This document shows, piece by piece, positions 50,842 through 63,008 of a stretch of DNA of 64,000 nt. The DNA is from Antedon mediterranea (taxonomy: Eukaryota > Animalia > Echinodermata), in assembly GCF_964355755.1 (NCBI RefSeq), contig NC_092672.1, forward strand, positions 18,799,237 to 18,863,236, written 5' to 3'. Made by a program: the position numbers and the translations under genes. The notes beneath the pieces are model-generated. The model was not told the DNA's origin and searched no databases. It saw nothing but the letters and a program-made list of their open reading frames with translations. Each line of letters begins with the position of its first letter. The first letter of the stretch is position 1.

Positions 50842-52197
50842 ATGGAACTGTTCATTTTCTGTATGTTGTGTAGGATTGCATTATTGAATGTAGGCCTACG
50901 TACGTGCTTGGCATCAACAGATTTTGTAGAGGAACCCGAGGATGTTAAAGTATTGTTTGCTACAGAACATAGATTCAAGTGTACAGTTTCTACTAATAGT
51001 ACTATAATAAGACATTCATTTTCCTGGCATAAAGACGGAATACCAATAGCAGACCAAGATAAAGGAAGATATTTCATTGTTACAAGCAACATTGTTAATA
51101 TCGATCTTTCTATTCTTAAAATTAAAAATGTTAAAACAGAAGATGAAGGATATTACTATTGTTCTGTTGTACAACTAAAAACAATGAAAACATTTAATTC
51201 TCGACGTGCAAGGTTGACAGTTAAATCGTTACCTAGGCACATGTTTCCAGTATGCTTGCATGCCGATAGCGTTGATGTTCTTGTTGGTACATCAATAAAA
51301 CTGTCGTGTAAAAGTGAAAACGTTTTTCCTGAAGTAAACTTAAAGTGGTACCAAAATAGGAATGAAATAACTGATGGTGTTCATACATTTAAAGACGATG
51401 AATATGTCATGTTAGAACTGATATTATCTGTGAAAAAAGAAGAAAATAATGATGTTTTTACTTGTCAACAAACTTCTGAATTAGTACCTAGAAACATTTC
51501 TACCTGTTCCGTGGGACCAATCACCGTTCGTTATAAACCTACTGTCATTATTCAACATACTGACCAGATTCTACCAGGTAGGGATTCTATACTATTCTGC
51601 CAAACTTTTGCAAATCCACCGGTTACTAATTATAGATGGAGATTTAGTCCTACATTAAGCAGAGATCAGTATTTTGTAGATGAAACAGGTCAGCTTTTAA
51701 CTCTAACAAATCCAACATTTCAACAGAATGGAACTACTGTAACTTGCCTGGCGGAAAATGAAGTTGGTGAAAATTCGTCAACAATTCGGTTACACGTTGG
51801 AAAGTCGAATATTAATGAGAAAGCAAGTAATGCAGATTCATCTGGAATTCAAAAGTCAAGTGAAACCATAGATTTATCATTGGATGTAATCATAATCATC
51901 GCTGCTGGTGTTGTTATCATTATTGTACTTGTTGTTTTGGTTCCCGTATATCATTATTGTTTGTGTGGTAATGATAACACTATAATAGTTGATTCTTTAG
52001 GAAAAGAAGTAACTCAACCTGAAGTGTATTATGAGACAAGAGAAGGAGTTATTTTAAGACATACAGTACAAGATCGTTCATTACCTCGTGTACCTACTAC
52101 AGAAGTATATGGTCATTGGAGACACTCAACAGCTTCACAGGTTCCTAATGATCTTGAATCACATAGTTATACTTATATCGACACCGAAAATGATTGA
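50842..52197 (+). CDS. Ig-superfamily receptor, array copy 4 (451 aa)
   Basis: Intact uninterrupted ORF with the same architecture. Confidence 0.93.
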   Translation: MELFIFCMLCRIALLNVGLRTCLASTDFVEEPEDVKVLFATEHRFKCTVSTNSTIIRHSFSWHKDGIPIADQDKGRYFIVTSNIVNIDLSILKIKNVKTEDEGYYYCSVVQLKTMKTFNSRRARLTVKSLPRHMFPVCLHADSVDVLVGTSIKLSCKSENVFPEVNLKWYQNRNEITDGVHTFKDDEYVMLELILSVKKEENNDVFTCQQTSELVPRNISTCSVGPITVRYKPTVIIQHTDQILPGRDSILFCQTFANPPVTNYRWRFSPTLSRDQYFVDETGQLLTLTNPTFQQNGTTVTCLAENEVGENSSTIRLHVGKSNINEKASNADSSGIQKSSETIDLSLDVIIIIAAGVVIIIVLVVLVPVYHYCLCGNDNTIIVDSLGKEVTQPEVYYETREGVILRHTVQDRSLPRVPTTEVYGHWRHSTASQVPNDLESHSYTYIDTEND

Positions 52198-55100
52198 TGT
52201 TAAAGTAACCTTCAACAGTTTAAAGTCATTAGACACAATTAATAGTTTCTTAATTCAAAATCGAAGAACCAACTACTGAGTATAGACCTAAATCTACCAC
52301 AAATCCATAAAAAATATGAACTAGTAATATATCACTTACTAGTGGGTATGTCGTCACGTCACTTCTATTCGCTCACCTATATATAGTATACAGTACAGTT
52401 CTGTACTTTTTTACTTGAGGTACCCGAGTCTAGTACTCTCTCATCTTCTCCTCTTCTTCTTCTTCTTCCATCTGGACACTATTGAGTAAAAAGTGCGATT
52501 TATAAAGTACTATTCCTCCCTTATTCGTTGTAGTATTGAGCTGGGATTTGGCATGAATATACTACAGGGACATTTCCTCAAAGCTATATAGAGCCGGATT
52601 TTAAAATTTCAAACCGGATGCAGCCATATCACGTCTCGAAGATGGTACTCTATACGAGTATCGCACATTCGTGCTTGTTTCATCTAGTAGTCAATTTTAA
52701 AATATTTAAATACCTTAGATGGTTCTCGAATACACAGTAATTTCAGCATCAAGTAAAAAAACTGGCGATTTCAAATGTACGTACCGCAGGACTATAAATA
52801 CATTGTCGTTTTCAGAAACGAATAAATAGACACGATCATTAATGTAGTCAACTAAAATTAGCACTGTGAATTAGGCCTACTTCCGAAGGAGCAAATTGTC
52901 TTAAAATGAGTCCAATTTTTTTATTTGAACTCATTTAAACAAACCCAATTTGTATATAACATTAGAGTTAAGGGATGGGGAATAGGATGAGAAAAACAAT
53001 TTTTAAATATATTCTTTATCCACTCAGTAACGAAATATTATTTTAAATGTTTTATAGGCCTATCAATAATATAACACTAAACACAGTAAAACATTTACAA
53101 TTTAATACTTTTTTTAAACTGTCCCTGTTATAGTCGATTGAAATAGTAAAGTACATGTAACGATACACCACTACGACGTTTATGTTTGTATAATTATTAA
53201 TTAATACAAACGTTGAGAAGCAACTGTCAGTAATAAAGTTTATATTTGTATATGTATATTTATATGTGTTTATATATCCAGCAGTAGAACCTACCCACAG
53301 TCACAGTAATAAATGTTTATTATTTTTGTGTTTATATATCTAACAGTAACCACATACACAGTAAGACAATTTCGATTCAAATGGCGACCAAAAATGGTTA
53401 ATACGTATTTACAATACTAGAGGTTGAGCTCGCTTCGCTCGCTCCCCCTCTAGGAAGTGTAGACGATGGTTCTCGGAATGATAAAAATGTTCTCCTTGTA
53501 CGTTTTCTGTCGGTTACCATTATTGAAAATGCTTGACATTCGTAAAACTAAACTACTCTGTTTCACAGTGTTTTAGATGATTAATAACATTTTAAAGTAT
53601 AGTGTTTATTGTTTGGTAGGGCCCTTTGGGAAGGCGGAGTTCATTTGCTTATTCGAGGAATATATGTTAATTTTTTTAGTTTTAATAATATGGTAACATT
53701 TATAATCAAATGAAATCCTCTAATAGATATGAAAAGTGGTAAAAAAGAATAACAAATTCTTGGTAAATTGTACATAACAGTGCGATGAATTCTACTACAA
53801 ATAGTATAATGATTATTATTCAAAGTGATGTTTTATTGGAGAGGCGTTTATTCAAATAAATACCATCCTAATAATTATTAATGCATTATTTAATGTAAAC
53901 ATCTTTTGAAACTAACTGCCGTGTAAGAGTGGGCCCAAGAAAGAAGACATTACGGCTTGAAACATGGGCAGACATCTCGGTCCTAACGGGACACAGATAG
54001 CCTACAGTTATTCCTGCCAGCTTACTCAATCAACTATCGGGATTTCACTCGATTTTCAACAAAATGTCTTATCATCAAATCTATGTAATTTTATAATAGT
54101 TGAAACCAGGTTGTTGCAAGGTGAACCCGGAAATTACTTTGACCCGCAAAGAATTGAAATTGAGTTGAAAATCTACTTTCGAAATCATACATTTTGTTAA
54201 AAAGCTCTTTATAATATCTTCTTAAGATAGAAATATGGAACAATAGTGCGACATGTGGTATACTACTTTACTTGCATCTATTTATTGAATATTATTATTT
54301 ATTACGATATGGACTTTGTTCTGAAATAAAAGTGAATTGAATTGAATTGAATAGCGTCGATGTGAAAACTAATGTTATCCAATCTACGTTTCGCGGTACA
54401 TCTGAGATAGATAAGGTAGGTATCCAAGGCGGAGATTTGTACCGAAGTTTTTGCATTGTGCTCGCCTATGTCAGAATTAACCATAATTTATATATAGATT
54501 ATTGTCAAAGTATTGCAATACTATATATAAGTTTATTTCTCAAATGGCCCATAAATCTACCTACTTGTGTTAGACCAAGGGCTTATAAATTTACCTACAA
54601 ACTGGGAGTCTGAGAGATTGGAATGTTCCATTCATCGCATACCAATACATTTGTATAAACGTATATTAAATCTATCAAAATAGTGTTTTTTTAAAAAGAA
54701 AATCAGCCTGTCTTCAACATTATGATACTGTACGCGAGCTGTTCAACCGGTTTTCAGCTATTAAAACAATTATCGTAGGAGGATATAGGAAAATGCGAAG
54801 CAACCTCGTATTATTGTGTGCAGGTATTTTTCAAGAGGACATCCATTAGACAGTGTATACCACGATCGGAAAACACCCCTATTTGGGGCAAATCGCTGAA
54901 CCTAAATTCGTTTTAATTGTCAATAACCTAACTCAATTTTATTAGTAAACAGCGTTACATCAGGTGGTTAAAATCAGTACCGAGATTCTGACCAACTTTA
55001 TATACCATCGAGTAAACATTCTAGAAATAACGCGCGATTTACTGAATTTTGCCCTTACGTATATTTATATATAGATTTGAATAATTCATTATTATTTGTA

Positions 55101-56131
55101 AATCATGAAGTAAAAAGTATTTACATGTTGTAGAGAGATTGTTTCTTTTTTTGATAACTTTTAAAGTGGTGGCAGATACAGAGAGAGAGAGGGGCGTAAC
55201 TTTACATATAGTTTATTCAAATTTAGATTAATAGATAATTAATTAGATTTATAGCGTACTTGTTGGGTACTAATTGACCAAAAGCTAATGACTCAGGGTA
55301 CATTTTCAGGTCAACAGCCAATTGCTACTAATTTAGAAGCTGCTATTATGTGTTCTTCACTGTGGAAGGCCTTAATGAAGTCAGTTAAAACCAACTGTCT
55401 AAGAGGTTTGAATAATCAATCAAAGTAAAAGGTGATATAAAGAATTGAGGGCACTTTAAAAATACCAACTAAACAAAAAGCAACAAATACATTGTGGCGT
55501 TTCGTACTTTACTAAAAATTAAAGGACTCTTTGGCGTTTATGCATGCAATAACCACACTTCCGTCTTTTTATTTTGGAGATAAAATATAAAAATAAAATA
55601 TTATGTCTTCAAAATAAGCAATATATATATATAGCCTACTGCGGGCCTAGAACAATAAACATTATTTTTAATAGCGAATTTACCTAACACAGACTGGTAA
55701 TTATCAAAAAGAAACATTTTAAATTTATTTAAGTTTTTATTATATTTGCTTTTTTGATATCTAAAATATGCTATAAAATTGAATTATTGGTTTTTAAAAA
55801 TGTTATTAAGTAGCATAGTTAGTGCCAAAAAAAAAGAGACCATAAACAATACAAAAACCATACAAAATATAATAATAATTGGTATACCTACTGTACCATA
55901 CACAGTACGGCTCAATTTGAACTAATCAGGTTTTATTGACGCTGACTTAATTTAAATAATACAAATATGTAACAAAAAAAGTTACACATGTAGAGTACAG
56001 AAAACATAAATTAGTAATTGTTTGGCCAGAAAAGAAAATCAAATACTGTTTAATGAATAGTAGCCGCATACTCTCATTGTGTGACAACCACAACACTATA
56101 GAAGTGTACTAGTATTTTTTACATCAACGAT

Positions 56132-57487
56132 ATGGAACTGTTAATTTTCTGTATGTTGTGTAGGATTGCATTATTGAATGTAGGCCTTCGTACGTGCTTG
56201 GCATCAACAAATTTTCTAGAGGAACCCGAGGATGTTAAAGTATTGTTTGGTACAAAACATAAATTCAAGTGTACAGTTTCTAATAATGAAACTATTCTAA
56301 GACATTCATTTTCCTGGCATAAAGACGGAACACTTATATCAGATCAAGATGAAGGAAATTATTTTATTGTTACAAGCAATATCGTTAGTATTGATGTTTC
56401 TATTCTAAATATTAAATCTGTTAAAATAGAAGATGATGGATATTATTATTGTTCTGTTGTACAGTTGAAAACAATGAAAACATTTAATTCTCGACGTGCG
56501 AGGTTGACTGTTAAATCGTTACCTAGGCCCATGTTTCCCGTATGCTTGCCTGCCGACAGCGTTGATGTTCTTGTCGGTACATCAATAAAACTATCATGTA
56601 AAAGTGAAAACGTTTTTCCTGAAGTAAACTTAAAGTGGTACCAAAATAGTAATGCAATAAATGATGGTGTTCATACATTTAAAGACGATGAATATGTCAT
56701 ATTAGAACTGATATTATCTGTGAAAAAAGAAGAAAATAATGATATTTTTACTTGTCAACAAACTTCTGAATTAGTACCTAGAAACATTTCTAGCTGTTCC
56801 GTGGGACCAATCAACGTTCGTTATAAACCTACTGTCATTATTCAACATACTGACCAGATATTACCAGGTAGGGATTCTATACTATTCTGTCAAACCTTTG
56901 CAAATCCACCGGTTACTAATTATATATGGAGATTTAGTCCTAAATTAAGCAGAGATCAATATTTTGTAGATGAAACAGGTCAGCTTTTAACTCTAACAAA
57001 TCCAACATTTCAACAGAATGGAACTACTGTAACTTGCCTGGCGGAAAATGAAGTTGGTGACAATTCGTCAACAATTCGGTTACACGTTGGAAAGTCGAAT
57101 ATTAATGAGAAAGCAAGTAATGCAGATTCATCTGGAATTCAAAAGTCAAGTGAAACCATAGATTTATCATTGGATGTAATCATAATCATTGCTGCTGGTG
57201 TTGTTATCATTATTGTACTTGTTGTTCTGGTTCCCGTATATCATTATTGTTTGTGTCGTAATGATAACACTACAATAGTTGATTCTTTAGGAAAAGAAGT
57301 AACTCAACCTGAAGTTTATTATGAGACAAGAGAAGGAGTTATTTTAAGACATACAGTACAAGATCGTTCATTACCTCGTGTACCTACTACAGAAGTATAT
57401 GGTCATTGGAGACACTCAACAGCTTCACAGGTTCCTAATGATCTTGAATCACATAGTTATACTTATATTGACACAGAAAATGATTGA
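56132..57487 (+). CDS. Ig-superfamily receptor, array copy 5 (451 aa)
   Basis: Intact uninterrupted ORF with the same architecture and a distinct domain 1. Confidence 0.93.
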   Translation: MELLIFCMLCRIALLNVGLRTCLASTNFLEEPEDVKVLFGTKHKFKCTVSNNETILRHSFSWHKDGTLISDQDEGNYFIVTSNIVSIDVSILNIKSVKIEDDGYYYCSVVQLKTMKTFNSRRARLTVKSLPRPMFPVCLPADSVDVLVGTSIKLSCKSENVFPEVNLKWYQNSNAINDGVHTFKDDEYVILELILSVKKEENNDIFTCQQTSELVPRNISSCSVGPINVRYKPTVIIQHTDQILPGRDSILFCQTFANPPVTNYIWRFSPKLSRDQYFVDETGQLLTLTNPTFQQNGTTVTCLAENEVGDNSSTIRLHVGKSNINEKASNADSSGIQKSSETIDLSLDVIIIIAAGVVIIIVLVVLVPVYHYCLCRNDNTTIVDSLGKEVTQPEVYYETREGVILRHTVQDRSLPRVPTTEVYGHWRHSTASQVPNDLESHSYTYIDTEND

Positions 57488-59152
57488 TAGCAACTTTCCA
57501 TTTGAAGAACGTAATAATGGGAATATGATTAACGTATATGCCTACCATTATGAGAAACAATATAATTGTATTTATTCTAATTTATGATTGATATCAAAGA
57601 TAGCACCCGTCAGTTTAAAGTCATTGGACACAATTAATAGTTTCTTAATTCAAAATCAAAGAACTTAAACTACTGAGTATAGGCCTAATTCTACCACACA
57701 TCTATAAATGGCAAATATTAATAATATATATCATTTACTAGAAGGTGTGTCACGTCATTTCTATCGCTTACCTAGTTCTGTACTTTGTTTCCATCTAGTA
57801 GTCAATTTGAAAAACATTTGTATAAGTATTTTTGTGGATTTTTACTTTATGTTGAACCAAAGAAACGAAAAGGAATAAATTACCTTCGTGACGTTTCGTC
57901 GACAATCTGTCGACTGCTTCAGACTAAAGCCTGGGTTGGAATGGTCTGGTTTTTTATAAGTGACGCTGAAAAGCGCTACCAGCCGTCTGGTTGGTATTGA
58001 CGGTAGAGCGTCTCCGTTGGCCCCCTCCTGCTTCAACTTTTTCCAGCAAACTATCATATGTATGTGGTGGTCATACCCACCAATGTCTCTGTTGATGTTA
58101 TGTGGTCTTTTTCTTATGCAGATAGATTCTTTTATCTTTCTTTTGTCTGTCTGTGCTTCCTTTTCAATCACTCTCGCATTCCAATTTGGAATATGGTCAT
58201 TCCCTATAGCGTGGTCTGTTATGGCGGACTTATGTAAAACCTGGGAAGAATTTCTATTTGCACGTGTTCTAACAACTTGGTTGTGTGTTGATACGTCTTT
58301 CTTATGTTCCCCAATTCTTGTATTTAGTGCCCTTCCGGTCTCTCCTATATATACTTTCTCACAGTTTAGACAGTTCACTTCGTATTATATCCCCGCACAT
58401 GTCTTCCGTTTTTATTCTATCTTTTGGGTGAACCAGTCCATTCTTTAATTTATTACTTGGAATGAAGAAAGTGTTTACTTTGTGCTTAGCAAATGTGCGT
58501 CGAATCTTTTAAGAAATTCCGTGTATGTATGGGATCCATGTGAGCTTTCATCTTCTCCATTTCCCTTCTTTGACATTCTTCTGGCTTGTTTTTTGACTTT
58601 TGTTCTTTTCTTTTGCTTACGACTCTGTCCACTGACCATTTTGGATAGTTACAAATTTTCAACTCCTGTTTTTTATCTTCCTCTTCACTAACAATTGTGT
58701 TTGCTCTATTCACCAACGTGTTAACCACGCTTAGTTTGTGTTCTCGGTTTTCGGTATACCTTGGTAGCGAGTGTTCCTTCATGTTTAATCCTGATAATCA
58801 TGTCCAACAATAGTATTTGTTTCTCTGACATTATTTCTGTGGTAAACTTGATGTTGCCGACGGGTCAATGGTATCAAGATGGCGATTATTGAGGTGGAGA
58901 TGTGCATTTGTATGGACAATGGCAAAAACATCATCAACATACCGTCTCCAAAAACGTGGTTTGATGGTTCCATCTGCGCTTTTAATGGCATCTTCTCTAA
59001 CCATTATAAATAGATATTCGCTATCAGAGGGCTTACCGGAGATCCCATTGCAATACCTTCGTGCTGTTCATATATCTGTTGTTGAAATGTGAAATATGTT
59101 GCATCAATCAACTGGTATATGAGTTCCATGATGTCTTCCACTGTTAATTTCG

Positions 59153-61258
59153 GTTTTTTTTTTCAAAAACTTTTATTTTTTTTTCCTTTTATCAAAAACA
59201 TTACACTTTACAGAACGAAACAAAAAGAAAAACCAAAGACGTTTGAGGACGTCACATTATCTCAATCGTCATTCTCTTTTTTCTTATCTCTGTCAATGTT
59301 TGATTATACCACAATACCTCATCATAATCATTTCTTAGTTTAAACCAGGCTATTATAACATCTTGTCAAAAATGATTACCAAGTTTTGCATTTTCAACTC
59401 TCATTCCTTGATTTGGTTTACAATACATTTTTTAATATGGACATTATACTTATTTCTATTTTTTGCAATATTATTCACCACAGTTTCTGTAAAGAGTACC
59501 CAGTCTTTAACGTGTTTGAAATGAAGAGGACTTTTATGAATCTTGCATTTATATATATATCTCTTAGTAAGAAGTAAAAACATGTTAATAAAAGTTGAAA
59601 ATTTATATTCAAAGATACCAAAGCATATGTCTATATAATTTATTTTAAAAGGGATGTCTAATTTCCTGAACCAATAAAACACATCATCCCACAATTTAGA
59701 AGTTTTCTCGCAAGACCACATTAGATGTACTACTGTTTCTTTTTCCTTACTACAAAGAGAACATTTTATTATCTTGAACCAGGCCAATTTTGTGCAATAA
59801 CTTATTTGTAGGAAGAATTATATGTATAAATCTGAATTGCAGGTACTGTGTTTTAGTGTCAAGACAATCAACATTAAAAAGATCAGAAAAGAAGAAGAAA
59901 GAAAACCAAAGAGGTGTGAGGACGTCACATTATTATGTTTGATTATACCACAATACCTCATCATAATCATTTCTTAGTTTAAACCAGGCTATTATAACAT
60001 ATTGACAATAATAGTTACAAAGTTTTGCATTATCAACTCCTATACCTTGATTTGGTTTACAAAGTCAAATCCTTTCCTTTCCCCCATATCCATAATTCAT
60101 TTGTAGGAAGAATTCTATGTATAAATTTGAATTGCAGGTACTGTGTTTTATGGTATCAAGATTACATTCGTAAGGCCTCCTATAAATTAAACTCTAATTA
60201 ACATTAAGACGTTTATCTCAATCGTCATTCTCTCTTTTTTTTTTATCCATTTCAATGTTTGATTATACCACAATACCTCATCATTATTGCAGTTGCTTGT
60301 GGGTGTATTTCATTTCAATTGTCGTTATCTCTTTCTAATAATGGTTTCCATTTTTAAATATGGACATTATACTTATTTTTATTTTTTGTGCGATATTATT
60401 CTCCACAGTTTCTGTAAAGAGTACCCATCTTTTAAAGTGAATGAAGTTAAGAGGAATTTCATTAATCTTGCATTTATATATATCTCTTAGTAAGAAGTAA
60501 AAACATGTTGATAAAAGTTGAAAATTTATATTCAAAGATACCAAAGCATATGTCTATATAATTTGTTTTAAAAGAGATGTCTAATTTCCTGAACCAATAA
60601 AACACATCATCCCACAATTTAGAAGTTTTCTCGCAAGACCACATTAGATGTACTACTGTTTCTTTTTCCTTACTGCAAAGAGAACATTTATTATCTTGAA
60701 TCAGGCCAATTTTGTGTAATAACTTATTTGTAGGAAGAATTCTATGTATAAATCTGAATTGCAGGTACTGTGTTTTGGTATCAAGAGTACATTCATAGGC
60801 ATCCTATAAATTGAACTCCAATTAACCTTAACAAGATTAGGCTCTTGGTTAAATTCATTACTCCATTTTCTATAAGCCTTTGGGGTTTTCTTAAATATAT
60901 TATTGGGCAAATCATACACAAAGGCTGTTGTTTTTTTTTTAACTTCCATTAATTGTATTAAAACTGGCGATTCTCTTGTAGGGTTGGGATTAGCTAATTT
61001 TTTCCGGTAATTTTGAGAGATAACATTAACTAAATAAAAAAAAAAGAATAAAGTTGCAATTTATAGCATAGGTATTTTTAAATTCAGTATATGTCATAAA
61101 GTGTTGGTTGTTAAGCCTTACATCTGAAATATAATTTACACCTTTTAAGCTCCATGATCTATGAAATTTAGTTTTCTTATTAATTTTAATGTTTTGTTTA
61201 TACCACAATACCTCATCAGATGCATCATCACCATAATCATTTCTTAGCTTAAACCAGG
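59153..61258 (-). mobile_element. L1/Tx1-type LINE 3' fragment with internal duplications, nested in Penelope
   Basis: 7-bp TSD AATTTCG (59146-59152, 61259-61265) and poly(T) at 59154. CSLCSKEKETVVHLMWSC zinc motif. ~59430-59860 is repeated at ~60350-60785. Confidence 0.85.
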
Positions 61259-62039
61259 AATTTCGTTCTATTATGTAGTGTTGTATCTTTTTCCAATTAT
61301 GATCTTACAACCTCCAAGGCTTGACCTGTGGGTGTTTTTGTAAACAAGGAGATGACGTCAAAAGACACCATCACCTAATTTTCGAAGAGGTTCAGCTGTT
61401 TTAGGTTTTCCGCCAGTTCTTTCGAATTGGTCACATGATATTTACTTAGACCAACCAAGGGGCTTAACACCTCCTTTGCGATAAACTTAGACACGTGATA
61501 ATAAACAGAGTTGATGTTGTCAACTATAGGTCTGTGAGGCCAATCCGGTTTATGGATTTTAGGCAGACAGTAAATTCTAGGTACTACTTCTGCGGTGGGG
61601 TACAAACTACATTTTTGTGCCCATGTGATCTTTTCTTCTTTTAGAAGTCTACCCAGTGTCTGTATTAGTTTATCCTTGTATTTCTTGGTCGGATTGGTAG
61701 TCAAATTCCATATACCTTTTTATCACTCAGCATTCGATTGACTTTATTTACATAATCCTCTGTGTTTATCACCACCGTTGCACGGCCTTTGTCAGCTGGC
61801 AATATCATAACTTCTTTATCTTTTTTTAACCCTTCAAAAGCATTTCTTTCTGTTCTACTTAAATTGGGGAGTGGGGGTTTAGATGATTTAAGAATGCTAG
61901 TTACCTTTCCTCTGATGGTATCCTTCTCATCCAATGGTATGCTATCCAATTTACATATCATTTCCGTTGAAACAATTATTTCTTCAATTGACCTGCTGTT
62001 GTTTCGATCGCCGCTAACCGCGTAGTTCAATCCCTTACT

Positions 62040-63008
62040 TAGTCTGGGCTCCAGACGGAGTTTTGTCTTAATATTAGTAAAAATATAAATTTTTGCACAT
62101 ATGGCGTTTCATACGTGTATTACTTGAGTTTGGATACTCCGTCTGGAGAAACACGCATAAGTCACGTGGTTTGACACCAAGAATTCTTGGTGCATAAATT
62201 ATCCAGTTGACTAGTTTCAGCCGCATGCCATTGGCTACTCACTCGCAGGCAGTTTTAATATTCATATTTCAGAATTTCAAAGACTCAACATCTAAGGTGA
62301 TACGCATGCGCTATGCTACGTTTAGACAATGTGTACTTGGGTACATTGATGAAAGTTTCTGAAGGCTATAAATGATTTTATATGCCTAGTAGTCTGGTAA
62401 ACATTTGATGGAATTTTTCCCAAGAACATGAAAACTCGTCTTGATATGATAGGCATAGCTTCTCCGCCAAATCAAACATTGAATGGATCATATTATGCGG
62501 AGATAATTTGATTTTATAATTCCCACCCAAACCCTGTCCTGTTCTGTGTTTGTGGTGGTGTAGCCCTGTTGTGTGCCGGTCGGTGGTGGTATGTACCTTA
62601 TTTATTGGCGTTTTATCTGGCAGGTCATACGTACGAGTTGAGTAGCCCTACGAAGGAGGCCTAGGCCAGGACTGAACAATTAATAAACAAAACAACTTGG
62701 CAACACGATTTTATATTTCATCAACAGTTGTTCAGTCTCGATCGTACATTCAGCACTGTACGTACTCGATCTTTTTCATTTTGAAACAAAATGATCATTG
62801 GTTGATTCGAAATCCATATTTACATACCGCCCGCCCCATATAGCCAAATACGGTATGATAACCTACGTCATTCTTATCGGATGTTTACGGTCTGCAAATC
62901 GATTTCTATACGTGTTTCACAAGTCTGTATTTTCAGACAAAAATCGCGGTCGAAATAAAAAAAAATAAAAAAAAAAAAGACAATAAATACAGACTTGGGG
63001 CAAGTCTA
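62040..63008. mobile_element. Non-autonomous DNA transposon with TAG..CTA ends and 9-bp TSD (AcademH- or MULE-like)
   Basis: TSD TCCCTTACT / TCCCTTATT; the empty site is seen at ~39533-39541. Short imperfect TIRs TAGTCTGGGCTCC / TAGACTTGCCCC. Confidence 0.7.

Noticed and set aside
47301-52197. Copies 3 and 4 as an assembly duplication of two alleles
   Set aside because: They differ at many coding sites and have distinct flanking insertions, so true paralogy is more likely. Long reads are needed to exclude it fully.
52410-55080. Possible small elements (MITE or Helitron-like ends) in the spacer after copy 4
   Set aside because: The sequence is absent from other spacers, but I could not define matching termini or TSDs.
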